Assembly: GCA_041691135.1 (NCBI GenBank)
Contig: JBEPVF010000001.1
Span: 192,001-256,000, forward strand
Direction of reading: 5' to 3'
Source: Candidatus Peribacteria bacterium
GTDB lineage: Bacteria; Patescibacteriota; Gracilibacteria; Peribacterales; Peribacteraceae
Length of the DNA stretch: 64,000 nucleotides
Both the position numbers and the translations under genes were made by a program. A model generated the notes under the pieces. The model was given only the letters and a program-made list of their open reading frames with translations. It was not told the origin of the DNA and ran no database searches. Shown in pieces: positions 18,365 to 27,525 of this stretch (position 1 is the stretch's first letter; each line of letters starts with the position of its first letter).

Positions 18365-19270
18365 TTACTTCGAGCCTAATACTTGTGACAATTCTCCACG
18401 CGGACTAGTGCCGACGATCTGCTGAGCAGCCTCGTCCCCGCTATCTACAAATCGTATCCAGGAGCAATTTCCACCATCAAGTTCCTGCAGAAGATTATTC
18501 ATATCAGGATCTGCCTGGTTTTGTTCAAGATACTGTCTTACCGCAGGTTCTAAGATTGTTCTGTCCGACGCCCCTCCAACATTATTCACTGCGAGGATCC
18601 GATATTGCTTGCCTGCCTTTCTTGCAAGAATGACATTGTGGACGTAATCAGGGATCTGCTTCTTCACAAAATCGCCGCCACTCACAAGCAGCACAGCGTC
18701 CACTCCCAATTCGTGAGAGAGAATATTGTATTTGTGATCCTTATTCACTTCTGCCCCCCAAGGGACGCCACTCGATGCTGATGCGCTTGGTGCTGGGTAG
18801 ACGAGGGTCATTGCACTACTGTTCTTCACGCATTCACAATTACTGCCTGGTTCCGTTCCCTTCGGCAAACCATAGAATACCGTTCTTCCACTAGCATCCT
18901 GTTGCCCAGCAATCGCCTGCTGAATTCCTGCCGTGTTTCCAGCGGCAATCGGACAATGTTCATTGGCAGGGTCTAATTCAGAAAGTCTTGCATTAAAGCT
19001 ATTCACAAATTGTTCGAATCTATGGAAGGTTTCCTCATCGGGAAAGGCAGCCAACGCCTTTTGCTCTTGATCTGGTTTTACAGTCTGACCACTCAGCATT
19101 TGCTTTCTCCATTGATAGGCCATGGAAATTCCATCAACAGTAAATACTTTTCGCGAAAGAACAGGAGCGAGTTGCTCTCGTAAAACTGCTTCATCAGGAT
19201 TACCCATATCAACAATTCTTGCCTGAGGATTCTCTGCTACTTCAGAAAGGGAGGTGATCTTGTCAGTCAT
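18365..19270 (-). CDS. putative SLOG-superfamily protein
   Basis: AAGNTAGI, DAVLLVSGG and ILAVNNVGGASD resemble SLOG Gly-rich motifs. Confidence 0.5.
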   Translation of the reverse strand: MTDKITSLSEVAENPQARIVDMGNPDEAVLREQLAPVLSRKVFTVDGISMAYQWRKQMLSGQTVKPDQEQKALAAFPDEETFHRFEQFVNSFNARLSELDPANEHCPIAAGNTAGIQQAIAGQQDASGRTVFYGLPKGTEPGSNCECVKNSSAMTLVYPAPSASASSGVPWGAEVNKDHKYNILSHELGVDAVLLVSGGDFVKKQIPDYVHNVILARKAGKQYRILAVNNVGGASDRTILEPAVRQYLEQNQADPDMNNLLQELDGGNCSWIRFVDSGDEAAQQIVGTSPRGELSQVLGSK

Positions 19271-19744
19271 AAGTATAATTTACTCTTAATATAGATTTTG
19301 TCAATTTTGAACTCTTGGCAGAAGAGCCTGTCAAATACCCAGGAAATTGGATTCGTATGAACAACCAAAAAAGTTCCCAATCGTTCCCCACAGCTCATTG
19401 ACGACATAGACGTTTTCATAGCGTAAGAGCACATTCTGACTCAATAGGATTCTTGAGAATATTTTTCACGAAATCCAGAGAATTCCTCAGCCCGATGAGC
19501 TTTTCTGACCTAGTAAGTGGATCCAATTTTCGAGGGCTTTCGAGTTCCCAATCGTTCCCTACAGCTCCACCATCAAGGACTTACTTCAAACTTTTAGGAC
19601 AGAATTTGCCTATAAATACAGAATTCTTGTCTTTAAAGCGAATTTGAAAAAGTTTGAAAATAGATTTACGGATTTTCTCGAAAATCGGAGCCACTTCGAA
19701 AGATGTGGCTTTGCTTTGCGGTTTTTATTGAGTTTGAAAATTGA

Positions 19745-20482
19745 TTATGGCCAATTCTTGAACACTCGTGGGAACTTCTGCGCCAAAAATTTCTTGGTTT
19801 TGAAAATAGGTTTGGAATACCACGCAATACCCTTTTCCCAAGCATAGGCATCTGCGTTGTAGAAGAGTCCTGAAGTCAGACTTGGATGAGGATCATCGTA
19901 GTGCATAACAGTAACTGTGATTGCAGTTCTTTCATCAATCGAACTCACCAAGCAATGACTTTCGCCATCCAGATGCTCAATGAACGCATGCGCTTCGTCG
20001 GGAGTCTTTCTGTATGAGAGAAAAAATTCGAGAACGCACGGAGTTTTCACTCTCTCTATCACTACGTCCTCCTCTCTCGCTGCTTTTGAAATCTCAGTGT
20101 GACCTTCGAACTTATCTAGCGTATAGCAGCAAATCAATACTGGGCGATGTACATCCTGCAGCCTGGGGAAATCACGATGTCGAGACAGATACTGACCATC
20201 TACAGTTTTCAGGTGTTTTACCCCAGCAAGATAGTGATAGGTCAGCGATTCCACTTTGCATTTCACTGGAGGTTTCGAGTCTCTTAGTTTTACTGTTTTG
20301 CCGTCGATCTCACGCATTCCAATCCCTTGAGTCAGAGTCGCTCCTTTCTGAAATTCAACGAACATGATTTTGAAATACGGCTCGTTGTGTTTGTCATTAT
20401 CATCAGAGATTCGTAGGAGTTTATGTAGATTGCCAGCTTCGTCCTTGAGAAGAAGTCGAGTGGATCGGAGTTTCTTTCCCAT
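19745..20482 (-). CDS. hypothetical protein, probably co-transcribed with the kinase
   Basis: Long ORF; ATG 20482 lies 7 nt after the kinase stop. Confidence 0.7.
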   Translation of the reverse strand: MGKKLRSTRLLLKDEAGNLHKLLRISDDNDKHNEPYFKIMFVEFQKGATLTQGIGMREIDGKTVKLRDSKPPVKCKVESLTYHYLAGVKHLKTVDGQYLSRHRDFPRLQDVHRPVLICCYTLDKFEGHTEISKAAREEDVVIERVKTPCVLEFFLSYRKTPDEAHAFIEHLDGESHCLVSSIDERTAITVTVMHYDDPHPSLTSGLFYNADAYAWEKGIAWYSKPIFKTKKFLAQKFPRVFKNWP

Positions 20483-20489
20483 GTGCAAA

Positions 20490-22034
20490 TCAGTAGGTAT
20501 CAGAAAATCTGCCACGGCCTCGTAGGTCTTCATTGAAAGCTCTTGATTGACGCTCCGCCTCCTCTCGTGTTTCCAGTTTTACAAGAGTTGGAATGAGATG
20601 CTCAACCACTCGCTGCACATCATCGCGGCTGAGTGCGTGCTCTCGAATGTTGTAGATGTCCATCGCACGCCTGTTGGAGTACGCCTTCGTAAACTCGTCT
20701 CCGGGGAGTGGTGCGGTCTTGTTGCGAAAAGATTTTCCTGAGAAGCCCCTCATAGAAACCTCAACAAACCTCCATTCTCCATACTGACTCTCAGGTGGGC
20801 GAGTCAGTACGAGATTCCAGCCGACCAACATTTCACCATGTTGGTCGATCATGATGTGTCCGCCATGAACAATATGCTGTTCTCTGAGACTTTTTGCATA
20901 CCCCGGGTACTGCCGATCCTCGACGGGAAAATGGGGATAAAAACCAATCTGGAGGCGACGATTTGCAAAGCTGTACGTCATCTCTCCGCTATGCATCCCT
21001 TCTGTTCGTATCTGCACTTCGGGGGAAGCGACGTTGAGTTCCTCGACGACCTCTTGGAACATATCGAGCACTTGCTGTTCCATGTACTTATTGCGGGCAG
21101 CCGTGTCGTTCTGTACTTGAGCAGTCTGAGCTTGTGAGAGACGCATTTTTTCTTCAGCGTCGTGGTGCTTCCGCATAGCCTCAACTGCGGGGCTTACTGT
21201 AGGTTTCGCCGCTGCGCCTACACGCAACGCCTGACGCACTTCATCGGCTGTCTGGAAACGTCGGCTGGGTTCCTTGTCGAGCAGCTTCTTTATAACGCCA
21301 TCAACTGTGAAAGGAACTTCGGCACGCACAGTTCTCGCGCGCGGCGCAGGCTCATAGATATGGAGCCTTTGGAGATCACGAGCATCGTCAGCTATGAACG
21401 GTGGTTGTCCGGTCAATGCCTCGAACAGCATCACGCCAATGGCGTATAGATCAGCAGGGATGCCGATGGCCTTCCGTTCCCAAACCTCAGGAGCCATGTA
21501 AAGAGGAGTCCCTGATCCTTTGAAGGTTAGGCTCTGGGTCGCATCATCCACGAACTTCGTGAGTCCGAAGTCACCGATCTTCAGCACTTTTCTGTCCACC
21601 ATTATGTTCTCGGGCTTCAAGTCTCTGTGAACGAGGCGAGCATGGAGTGCCGACAAACCAGCAAGGATTTGATCGAAGTCGGCCAAAATCGTCTCTACTG
21701 GAGCTCCCCTGAAGGTATCCAAGCGAGCGCGGTAGTTCCCATCAGCACAGTAGGGATACACAACGAAAAGCCCCTTTTTACGCCGTGATTCGCACTCTCC
21801 GTGGTCAATCGGGATCAACAAGTTCTCATGACTCAGTCCTTCGGCTGCATTGAGCTCCTTCTGGAAAGAAAGCTCCGCTTGCGCGTTAGTCACGGGCATG
21901 ATGACCTTCACAGCATACTGTTCCTTCTTGCCCTTCGTTCCGAGGTACACCGTTCCGAATCCGCCTGCACCGATCTCTTCGCCGATCTTCAGCTTCAGCC
22001 CCTTTTCGCCGATCAATTCGTCACCTGTCTTCAT
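20490..22034 (-). CDS. Hanks-type Ser/Thr protein kinase with an unknown C-terminal domain
   Basis: GAGGFGTVY, AVK, HRDLKPEN, DFG and APE motifs; no TM. Confidence 0.93.
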   Translation of the reverse strand: MKTGDELIGEKGLKLKIGEEIGAGGFGTVYLGTKGKKEQYAVKVIMPVTNAQAELSFQKELNAAEGLSHENLLIPIDHGECESRRKKGLFVVYPYCADGNYRARLDTFRGAPVETILADFDQILAGLSALHARLVHRDLKPENIMVDRKVLKIGDFGLTKFVDDATQSLTFKGSGTPLYMAPEVWERKAIGIPADLYAIGVMLFEALTGQPPFIADDARDLQRLHIYEPAPRARTVRAEVPFTVDGVIKKLLDKEPSRRFQTADEVRQALRVGAAAKPTVSPAVEAMRKHHDAEEKMRLSQAQTAQVQNDTAARNKYMEQQVLDMFQEVVEELNVASPEVQIRTEGMHSGEMTYSFANRRLQIGFYPHFPVEDRQYPGYAKSLREQHIVHGGHIMIDQHGEMLVGWNLVLTRPPESQYGEWRFVEVSMRGFSGKSFRNKTAPLPGDEFTKAYSNRRAMDIYNIREHALSRDDVQRVVEHLIPTLVKLETREEAERQSRAFNEDLRGRGRFSDTY

Positions 22035-22376
22035 AGCTCAGTGTAAAATGTCATAGTGATTCCTACGCCAAAAACGTCGGAAAGTCCACAAACGCTCAAT
22101 TGCTGACTGTAGCTTGAAAACTCCCGGCAGCTCGGTTGACTCAATTCCATTACAGGATGAGATCATCCCTTGGCGCTGGCCGTCTATTCAGGATCTGAAT
22201 TATCGGCTTAAGCGAATATCCTAGCCCATCTAGCGCTTCTACTAGATCTAGCACATCTCTGTTGTACACGTCTTGGAGTTTGAAGCTCGTTTCTAATGCT
22301 CCACCATGGCAACTTTGCTTGGATTTCTTGTACACTTTAATTAACACTGTTAACATCAGCAACCTTTCACTTTCGT

Positions 22377-23144
22377 ATGAAGTACATAAAAAGTGGTCGA
22401 AACCTTATTGAAGCAGCTGAACTCTGTCGAAATGATCTCTCTGCGCATTTTAACTTCACATCAACATCGCGCGTAGGGGTTTTAGATATGTCGAACGAGA
22501 CAGACCAAGTCCGATACAAAGCTCTTGCGGCACTTAGTGAGATAGACCCAGACGAGGCAATGTCCGCATTGGAAAATTTTTCGGCAGCATGCATTTATGA
22601 TGGTTCTGAAAAAGATTATTATCTTATTTTTAAAAATCCCACTGATCCAACTCTCGGGCATGAGGTAACACATGGCGAACATGAAAAATTGCATTTTCCG
22701 CGTCTAGGATCAAACGATGAATACCACAAAGCTTTTTCATTTGGTGAAGTGCGAGAATTAATTGCCTATCTTGGAGAACGCTTCGTGCGTCAAAAAATAT
22801 TTCGTAGCGAGAAATCGAGGAAACTAGAGCGACATAGGCCGTCCATAACTCCTCCCGGATGGGGTTGGTTGGGAGTGGAACCGGATCCTAACTTTCCATA
22901 TGTCTTGGGAAGCGGAATCGCACAATCCGTATCTTCGCATGAACGATACAGTCCTCAGGCTATTTTCCATGCGGAAGATGACAGTGCTATGTTGAAAGAA
23001 GTAAACAGAGTTTGCATTCCAATTATTACTGTCGAACTGCCAAAAGATTGGGATATTGATGGTCTTGTTCAGAAGTACCACGAGCGCTTAGAAGCCATTG
23101 GCCTGAAGGCTAAAATTAAAACGAAGTTTGTAGAGAATTTTTGA
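22377..23144 (+). CDS. hypothetical protein with an HExxH zincin motif
   Basis: LGHEVTHG followed by a downstream Glu helix (EVRELIAY). Confidence 0.6.
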   Translation: MKYIKSGRNLIEAAELCRNDLSAHFNFTSTSRVGVLDMSNETDQVRYKALAALSEIDPDEAMSALENFSAACIYDGSEKDYYLIFKNPTDPTLGHEVTHGEHEKLHFPRLGSNDEYHKAFSFGEVRELIAYLGERFVRQKIFRSEKSRKLERHRPSITPPGWGWLGVEPDPNFPYVLGSGIAQSVSSHERYSPQAIFHAEDDSAMLKEVNRVCIPIITVELPKDWDIDGLVQKYHERLEAIGLKAKIKTKFVENF

Positions 23145-23318
23145 GATTAATGAAAAAATTCCAAATCTTTCCCTTCAGCTCCACCATTATATAAAACCAA
23201 AATCACTCTTTTGTTACCTGAAGAACAAAAGTCGGTTTGAAACAGCAATGTCTACAGCTTCGTCAGTGAGCGACAACTTATTTTTCGGTGATACAGATGG
23301 AAAAATTATTCAAGTACA

Positions 23319-23916
23319 TCAAGTAGTTTGTCCTGCAGGCGAGCCATTTTGCAAAGACGGATTTTCCACTACTCGGACATATTTGCGACGCTGGAAGGAG
23401 GCAACCACATCGGCGATCTTTTCGGCTACCTCCTGCGCATGCGGGATATATTTCATCACTGTTTCGCGTTCGCCTTCTTTCAAATGAAAACGCAGCATTC
23501 CAAACGGAAAGATATTCCAAAACTGAGTCTCCGCTACGACACTGGCAAAATTTTCCAGACTCATCTGAGTGATATCCCGACGAAAGAGAAATGATTGATC
23601 GACGAGGATGATTTTTCCAGACGTGATCTGGATAAAACTGAAACGCCAATGAATATACTTTTTAAACAGAGGTAACAGGACAAATAGGATAAATATTATT
23701 ACCGCGGATCCGAAGATCCAAAAAGCTGATCCTTGCGAGTACACGAAGAGCAGCACACTGAGTATCACCACAACAAGTGCAACGGCCGCTTGTTGAAATA
23801 TGGACAGCAAAAAACATGTAGCGCGAATAATGGATCGTCATCAGGAGCTCCTCACCTTCGGAGGCGAAACTGTTTTTTATTTTTTCCACATTGGTTTCCA
23901 GGGCCAGAATACGCAT
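23319..23916 (-). pseudogene. frameshifted membrane protein with a bacterial PH-like domain
   Basis: MRILALETN...RYMF (start 23916) joins LLSIFQQ... if the A6 run at 23809-23814 were A5. Confidence 0.65.
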
Positions 23917-24052
23917 AAGAAAGGCAGTATAAACCTTTTTACCTGAACCAGCGAACAACTCCCCATAAAACCAGTTTTTACCCTAGCCGCCTATTCAAGC
24001 CCCTAAAATCATCCTATAATCCCGCGCTTCTTACTTTTCTCTTCTCATTTTC

Positions 24053-25510
24053 ATGGACCAGGGCGATGTCATCTTGCGGTTCCAGGACGTTCGATTCCAT
24101 TTCGATCAGAACAAGCCCATTTTGGATGAGGCGAGTTTTTCGGTGCGCGAGAATGCCAAGCTGACGGTAATGGGACAGAACGGTGCGGGCAAGAGCACGA
24201 TCTTCAAACTGATCATGCGTGAATTAAAACCTCAGGAGGGAGAGATTCATATGAAGCGGGGCACGACTGTGGGCATCGCCAAGCAAGTGATCGCGCATGA
24301 GGATTTAAACAAAACAGTATTGGAATTTTTCGAAGGCGCGTTTAACGAAAAGAAATACGACATCGAGCGCCACATTGCGCGTGTATTGGACGCCGTTCAT
24401 TTGAAGGCAGCGCACGACAAGAAGTTAAAAGACTTTTCGGGCGGACAAAAGGCTCGTTTGCTTTTGGCATTCGCGCTGATTCAAGAACCTGACTTGCTGC
24501 TATTGGATGAGCCGACGAACAACTTAGACGCAGCCGGCATCGATCATCTGACGCAATTTCTGATCGACTACGACAAGACATGCATCGTCATCTCCCACGA
24601 TGCGGCATTCCTCAATTGCTTCACACAAGGTGTGCTCCATTTGGATGCGCATTCACACAAGGTGGAACAGTTCGTGGGCGACTACTACGACGTGGTTGAG
24701 CGGATTCAGGAACAAATCGAACGCGAGCAACGCCAGAATGCACGGATGGAGAAGGCGATTATCGATCAGAAGGAGAAGATTAACTTCTTCTCGCACAAAG
24801 GCGGAAAAATGCGCAAACTGGCCAGTAAAATGCGCGACGCGGTGGAAGAAGCGGAAGAAAACAAAGTCGATGTGCGTCGCGAAGATAAAACGATTGCACC
24901 GTTCACCATCGATGCCGAACCGTTCACTAAGCCACTCGTTCACATCACCTCGGTGACGGTGATGAAGGATCACAAGCCAGTGAAGAGGAAGTTAAAAACG
25001 GAAGTGACTGTGCGTCGCCGACATCGAGTACTCATCACCGGTCCCAACGGCATCGGCAAAAGTTCGCTGCTGGAGGCGATGGCCAATGGAACAGAACTGG
25101 GCAGCACCATCACACAGGGCGTGAAGATCGGCTACTACCGCCAGGATTTTTCCGGTCTGCCGCACGATAAAACGGTGTACCAGATTTTGGGAGAAGAAAT
25201 GCAGATGGAAAACCGTCAGGAAATTTTCGCGACTGCCGCACGTTTCCTGCTGCCCGGCGACAAAGTGCAAACGAAAGTCTCGGCACTCTCCGAAGGGCAA
25301 AAAGGCCTGCTCTGCTTCGCGCGATTCATGATCCAAAAACCGACGCTGTTGATCCTCGACGAGCCGACGAATCATATTAACTTCCGTCATATTCCCGTGA
25401 TCGCCGAGGCCTTGAATGAATACGAAGGCGGCCTGATTCTGGTCAGCCACGATCAGGAATTCGTGAATCAGGTGCAGATGGACGAGGAATTGGATTTGGG
25501 GGCGTTGTGA
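24053..25510 (+). CDS. ABC-F family ATPase
   Basis: Two ABC cassettes (GQNGAGKS and GPNGIGKS; LDEPTN twice); no TM. Confidence 0.92.
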   Translation: MDQGDVILRFQDVRFHFDQNKPILDEASFSVRENAKLTVMGQNGAGKSTIFKLIMRELKPQEGEIHMKRGTTVGIAKQVIAHEDLNKTVLEFFEGAFNEKKYDIERHIARVLDAVHLKAAHDKKLKDFSGGQKARLLLAFALIQEPDLLLLDEPTNNLDAAGIDHLTQFLIDYDKTCIVISHDAAFLNCFTQGVLHLDAHSHKVEQFVGDYYDVVERIQEQIEREQRQNARMEKAIIDQKEKINFFSHKGGKMRKLASKMRDAVEEAEENKVDVRREDKTIAPFTIDAEPFTKPLVHITSVTVMKDHKPVKRKLKTEVTVRRRHRVLITGPNGIGKSSLLEAMANGTELGSTITQGVKIGYYRQDFSGLPHDKTVYQILGEEMQMENRQEIFATAARFLLPGDKVQTKVSALSEGQKGLLCFARFMIQKPTLLILDEPTNHINFRHIPVIAEALNEYEGGLILVSHDQEFVNQVQMDEELDLGAL

Positions 25511-25633
25511 CGAAGATTTCAATAGATACTGAGGCAATCTGCGGCCTCCACATCACATCAAAGATGCATGAGAAACGTATCGACGACTGAAAGGAAATAA
25601 ATCGACACCCAATAAGGCAGATTACATATTCAC

Positions 25634-26995
25634 TCACAAATACGATTCCACCTGCATTCCGCCGATCCATACGATTGTTTCTTCCGGCAACTGTAATTTT
25701 TTGATAGCCTTGCGCAGTCCGACCCGATCCAAAACATCATGGAACCGATTCACGGCTCCTGTATTGGAAAAATCAGTCATGCGCGTGAACTGCTCCAAAC
25801 GCTTGCCATGGACGGCAACCGAACCGTCTTTTAATTTCTCGATACGATAGGCACCCATCGTATCGCCCCCGCCCAAGTGCGGACGCAACACCGGAACTTC
25901 TTTTTTGTGTTCGTCAGCCATATCTTCTTCGTGCTGATGACGCTTCTCGCGCTCTTCGAGTACCAAGGGCAGTAATTTCTTCTTGAGCTCATCGGTTCCC
26001 AGCGTCGTGGCCGCCGAAATACATGCAAAGATGCGCAAGCCGCCTTTTTCGAGCGAGTGCTGCAAACTTTTCACATCATCGGGAATCAAATCGATTTTAT
26101 TGAGGATCACCAGTTCGCGCTTGAGCGCCAGAGTAGGGGAGTAGGCCTCGAGTTCGCGGCGGATCGCCATGTAATCCTCCAGGAGTAATTCCGGTTGCAA
26201 TGCGGAATCCGGTGACGCACTCGAATCGAACGCACGCGAGACATCGAGCACATGCAAGAGCACGCCGACACGTTCGAGGTGCTTAAGAAATGTGTGACCC
26301 AATCCTTTGCCTTCGCTGGCGCCTTCGATGAGTCCCGGTACGTCGCACACGATGTACGAACGCGTGTCGACATCCACCACACCCAAGTTCGGCACGAGCG
26401 TTGTAAACGGATAATCGGCAATCTTCGGCTTGGCCGCGCTGATCACCGAGATAAGCGTCGATTTGCCCACGCTCGGATAGCCGATAATACCGACATCGGC
26501 GACCAGCTTCAGTTCCAAATGCAATTTTCGCTTCTCTCCGGGTTCGCCGAGTTCGGCGAAATCCGGCCGCTGACGTGTGGAACTTTTAAAGTGTGCATTG
26601 CCGTACCCGCCGCGTCCGCCATGCGACACTACAATTTCGTCACCATGCGTCGTCAGATCGCCAATGAGCAGTTCTTGCACTTTTCCCTTCTCATCTTCGG
26701 CAAACTCATGAATCAGCGTGCCCGGCGGAACAAGTAGAACCCGATCCTCACCGTCTTTGCCAGCCCGCTGGCTGCCGGATCCGAATTCGCCTTTTTCGGC
26801 TTCAAATTTTTTGCGCGACGCGAAATTGCTCAACGTATCAGTATTATCATCAGCTCGAATAATCACATCGCCACCTACACCGCCGTTACCACCGCTGGGT
26901 CCTCCCATAGGGACATATTTCTCACGTCGCCAGGCAACACAACCAGCACCGCCTTTTCCGCCGATGACTTCAATAATGGCTTCATCTAAGAACAT
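25634..26995 (-). CDS. obgE: GTPase ObgE/CgtA
   Basis: MFLDEA, Gly-rich Obg fold, GYPSVGKS, DVPGLIEGA, NKID. Confidence 0.97.
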   Translation of the reverse strand: MFLDEAIIEVIGGKGGAGCVAWRREKYVPMGGPSGGNGGVGGDVIIRADDNTDTLSNFASRKKFEAEKGEFGSGSQRAGKDGEDRVLLVPPGTLIHEFAEDEKGKVQELLIGDLTTHGDEIVVSHGGRGGYGNAHFKSSTRQRPDFAELGEPGEKRKLHLELKLVADVGIIGYPSVGKSTLISVISAAKPKIADYPFTTLVPNLGVVDVDTRSYIVCDVPGLIEGASEGKGLGHTFLKHLERVGVLLHVLDVSRAFDSSASPDSALQPELLLEDYMAIRRELEAYSPTLALKRELVILNKIDLIPDDVKSLQHSLEKGGLRIFACISAATTLGTDELKKKLLPLVLEEREKRHQHEEDMADEHKKEVPVLRPHLGGGDTMGAYRIEKLKDGSVAVHGKRLEQFTRMTDFSNTGAVNRFHDVLDRVGLRKAIKKLQLPEETIVWIGGMQVESYL

Positions 26996-27001
26996 TGTCT
27001 G

Positions 27002-27038
27002 AAATGTAAAATGTAGAATGGACAATGTACAATGAATT
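27002..27038. repeat. heptamer (AATGTAN) tandem array, left arm
   Basis: AAATGTAAAATGTAGAATGGACAATGTACAATGAATT; inverted partner at 27489-27518. Confidence 0.85.
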
Positions 27039-27041
27039 GCT

Positions 27042-27431
27042 TTAGGAAGACAGCCCTTGTCTTGTAGTTTTCAAGATTGCGGTTAGAAGAGCAATTAGCT
27101 CTTCTATATCAGATAATAATGAAGTTATTTGATCACTTCGATCGACATCAGCATCACGAATAAGCATGAGCCAATACCGACTTTCGTAAGCTTCTTTTAA
27201 AGCGATTGAGAGCTTATTAGCAAAATCCTTTTTACTTGGAGCATTCACGGCTTCTTCAATATTCGCTCCCACACTTGTCCCACTTTTAAGTAATTGAGTG
27301 CAAACAACAAATTCCTTTTTCTTTGTTAAGAAGCGACAGTATTTGACGATTTTTACTGCGAATGCGTAGGACTTTTGCCGAACAGTATTAGGTTTTTCTT
27401 GCATTTTGTAATCGTACATCCTCCATTTCAT
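27042..27431 (-). CDS. four-helix bundle protein (23S rRNA IVS protein / Avd-like family)
   Basis: QLLKSGTSVGANIEEA ... DFANKLSIALKEAYESRYWL. Confidence 0.9.
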   Translation of the reverse strand: MKWRMYDYKMQEKPNTVRQKSYAFAVKIVKYCRFLTKKKEFVVCTQLLKSGTSVGANIEEAVNAPSKKDFANKLSIALKEAYESRYWLMLIRDADVDRSDQITSLLSDIEELIALLTAILKTTRQGLSS

Positions 27432-27449
27432 ATTTAATATTCTGAACTA

Positions 27450-27490
27450 TTGACCCTGCTAAATTATCACTCTAAAATGATGAGTGATAA
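27450..27490 (+). promoter_or_regulatory. dnaK sigma70 promoter overlapped by a CIRCE-like operator
   Basis: TTGACC-17 nt-TAAAAT; TTATCACTC-N9-GAGTGATAA at 27464-27490. Confidence 0.8.
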
Positions 27491-27518
27491 TTCATTGTAC
27501 ATTTTACATTTTACATTT
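27489..27518. repeat. heptamer tandem array, right arm, in the dnaK 5' UTR
   Basis: AATTCATTGTACATTTTACATTTTACATTT. Confidence 0.85.
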
Positions 27519-27525
27519 CTCGCCT

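Larger units (their letters stand above)
17260..23187. mobile_element. genomic island integrated at the tRNA-Ala 3' end (no integrase visible)
   Basis: 18-bp direct repeat TCCCTTCAGCTCCACCAT at 17260-17277 and 23170-23187; internal att-like copies; atypical cargo. Confidence 0.85.

Noticed and set aside
22121-22134. CTCCCGGCAGCTCG as a fourth internal att site
   Set aside because: Too degenerate and lacks the shared left arm.
19372-23187. Repeats as a CRISPR array
   Set aside because: Spacing is irregular and up to kilobases, the repeats derive from the tRNA 3' end, and there are no cas genes.
27042-27431. Avd-like gene as a sign of a diversity-generating retroelement
   Set aside because: No reverse transcriptase or TR/VR pair is visible in the window.
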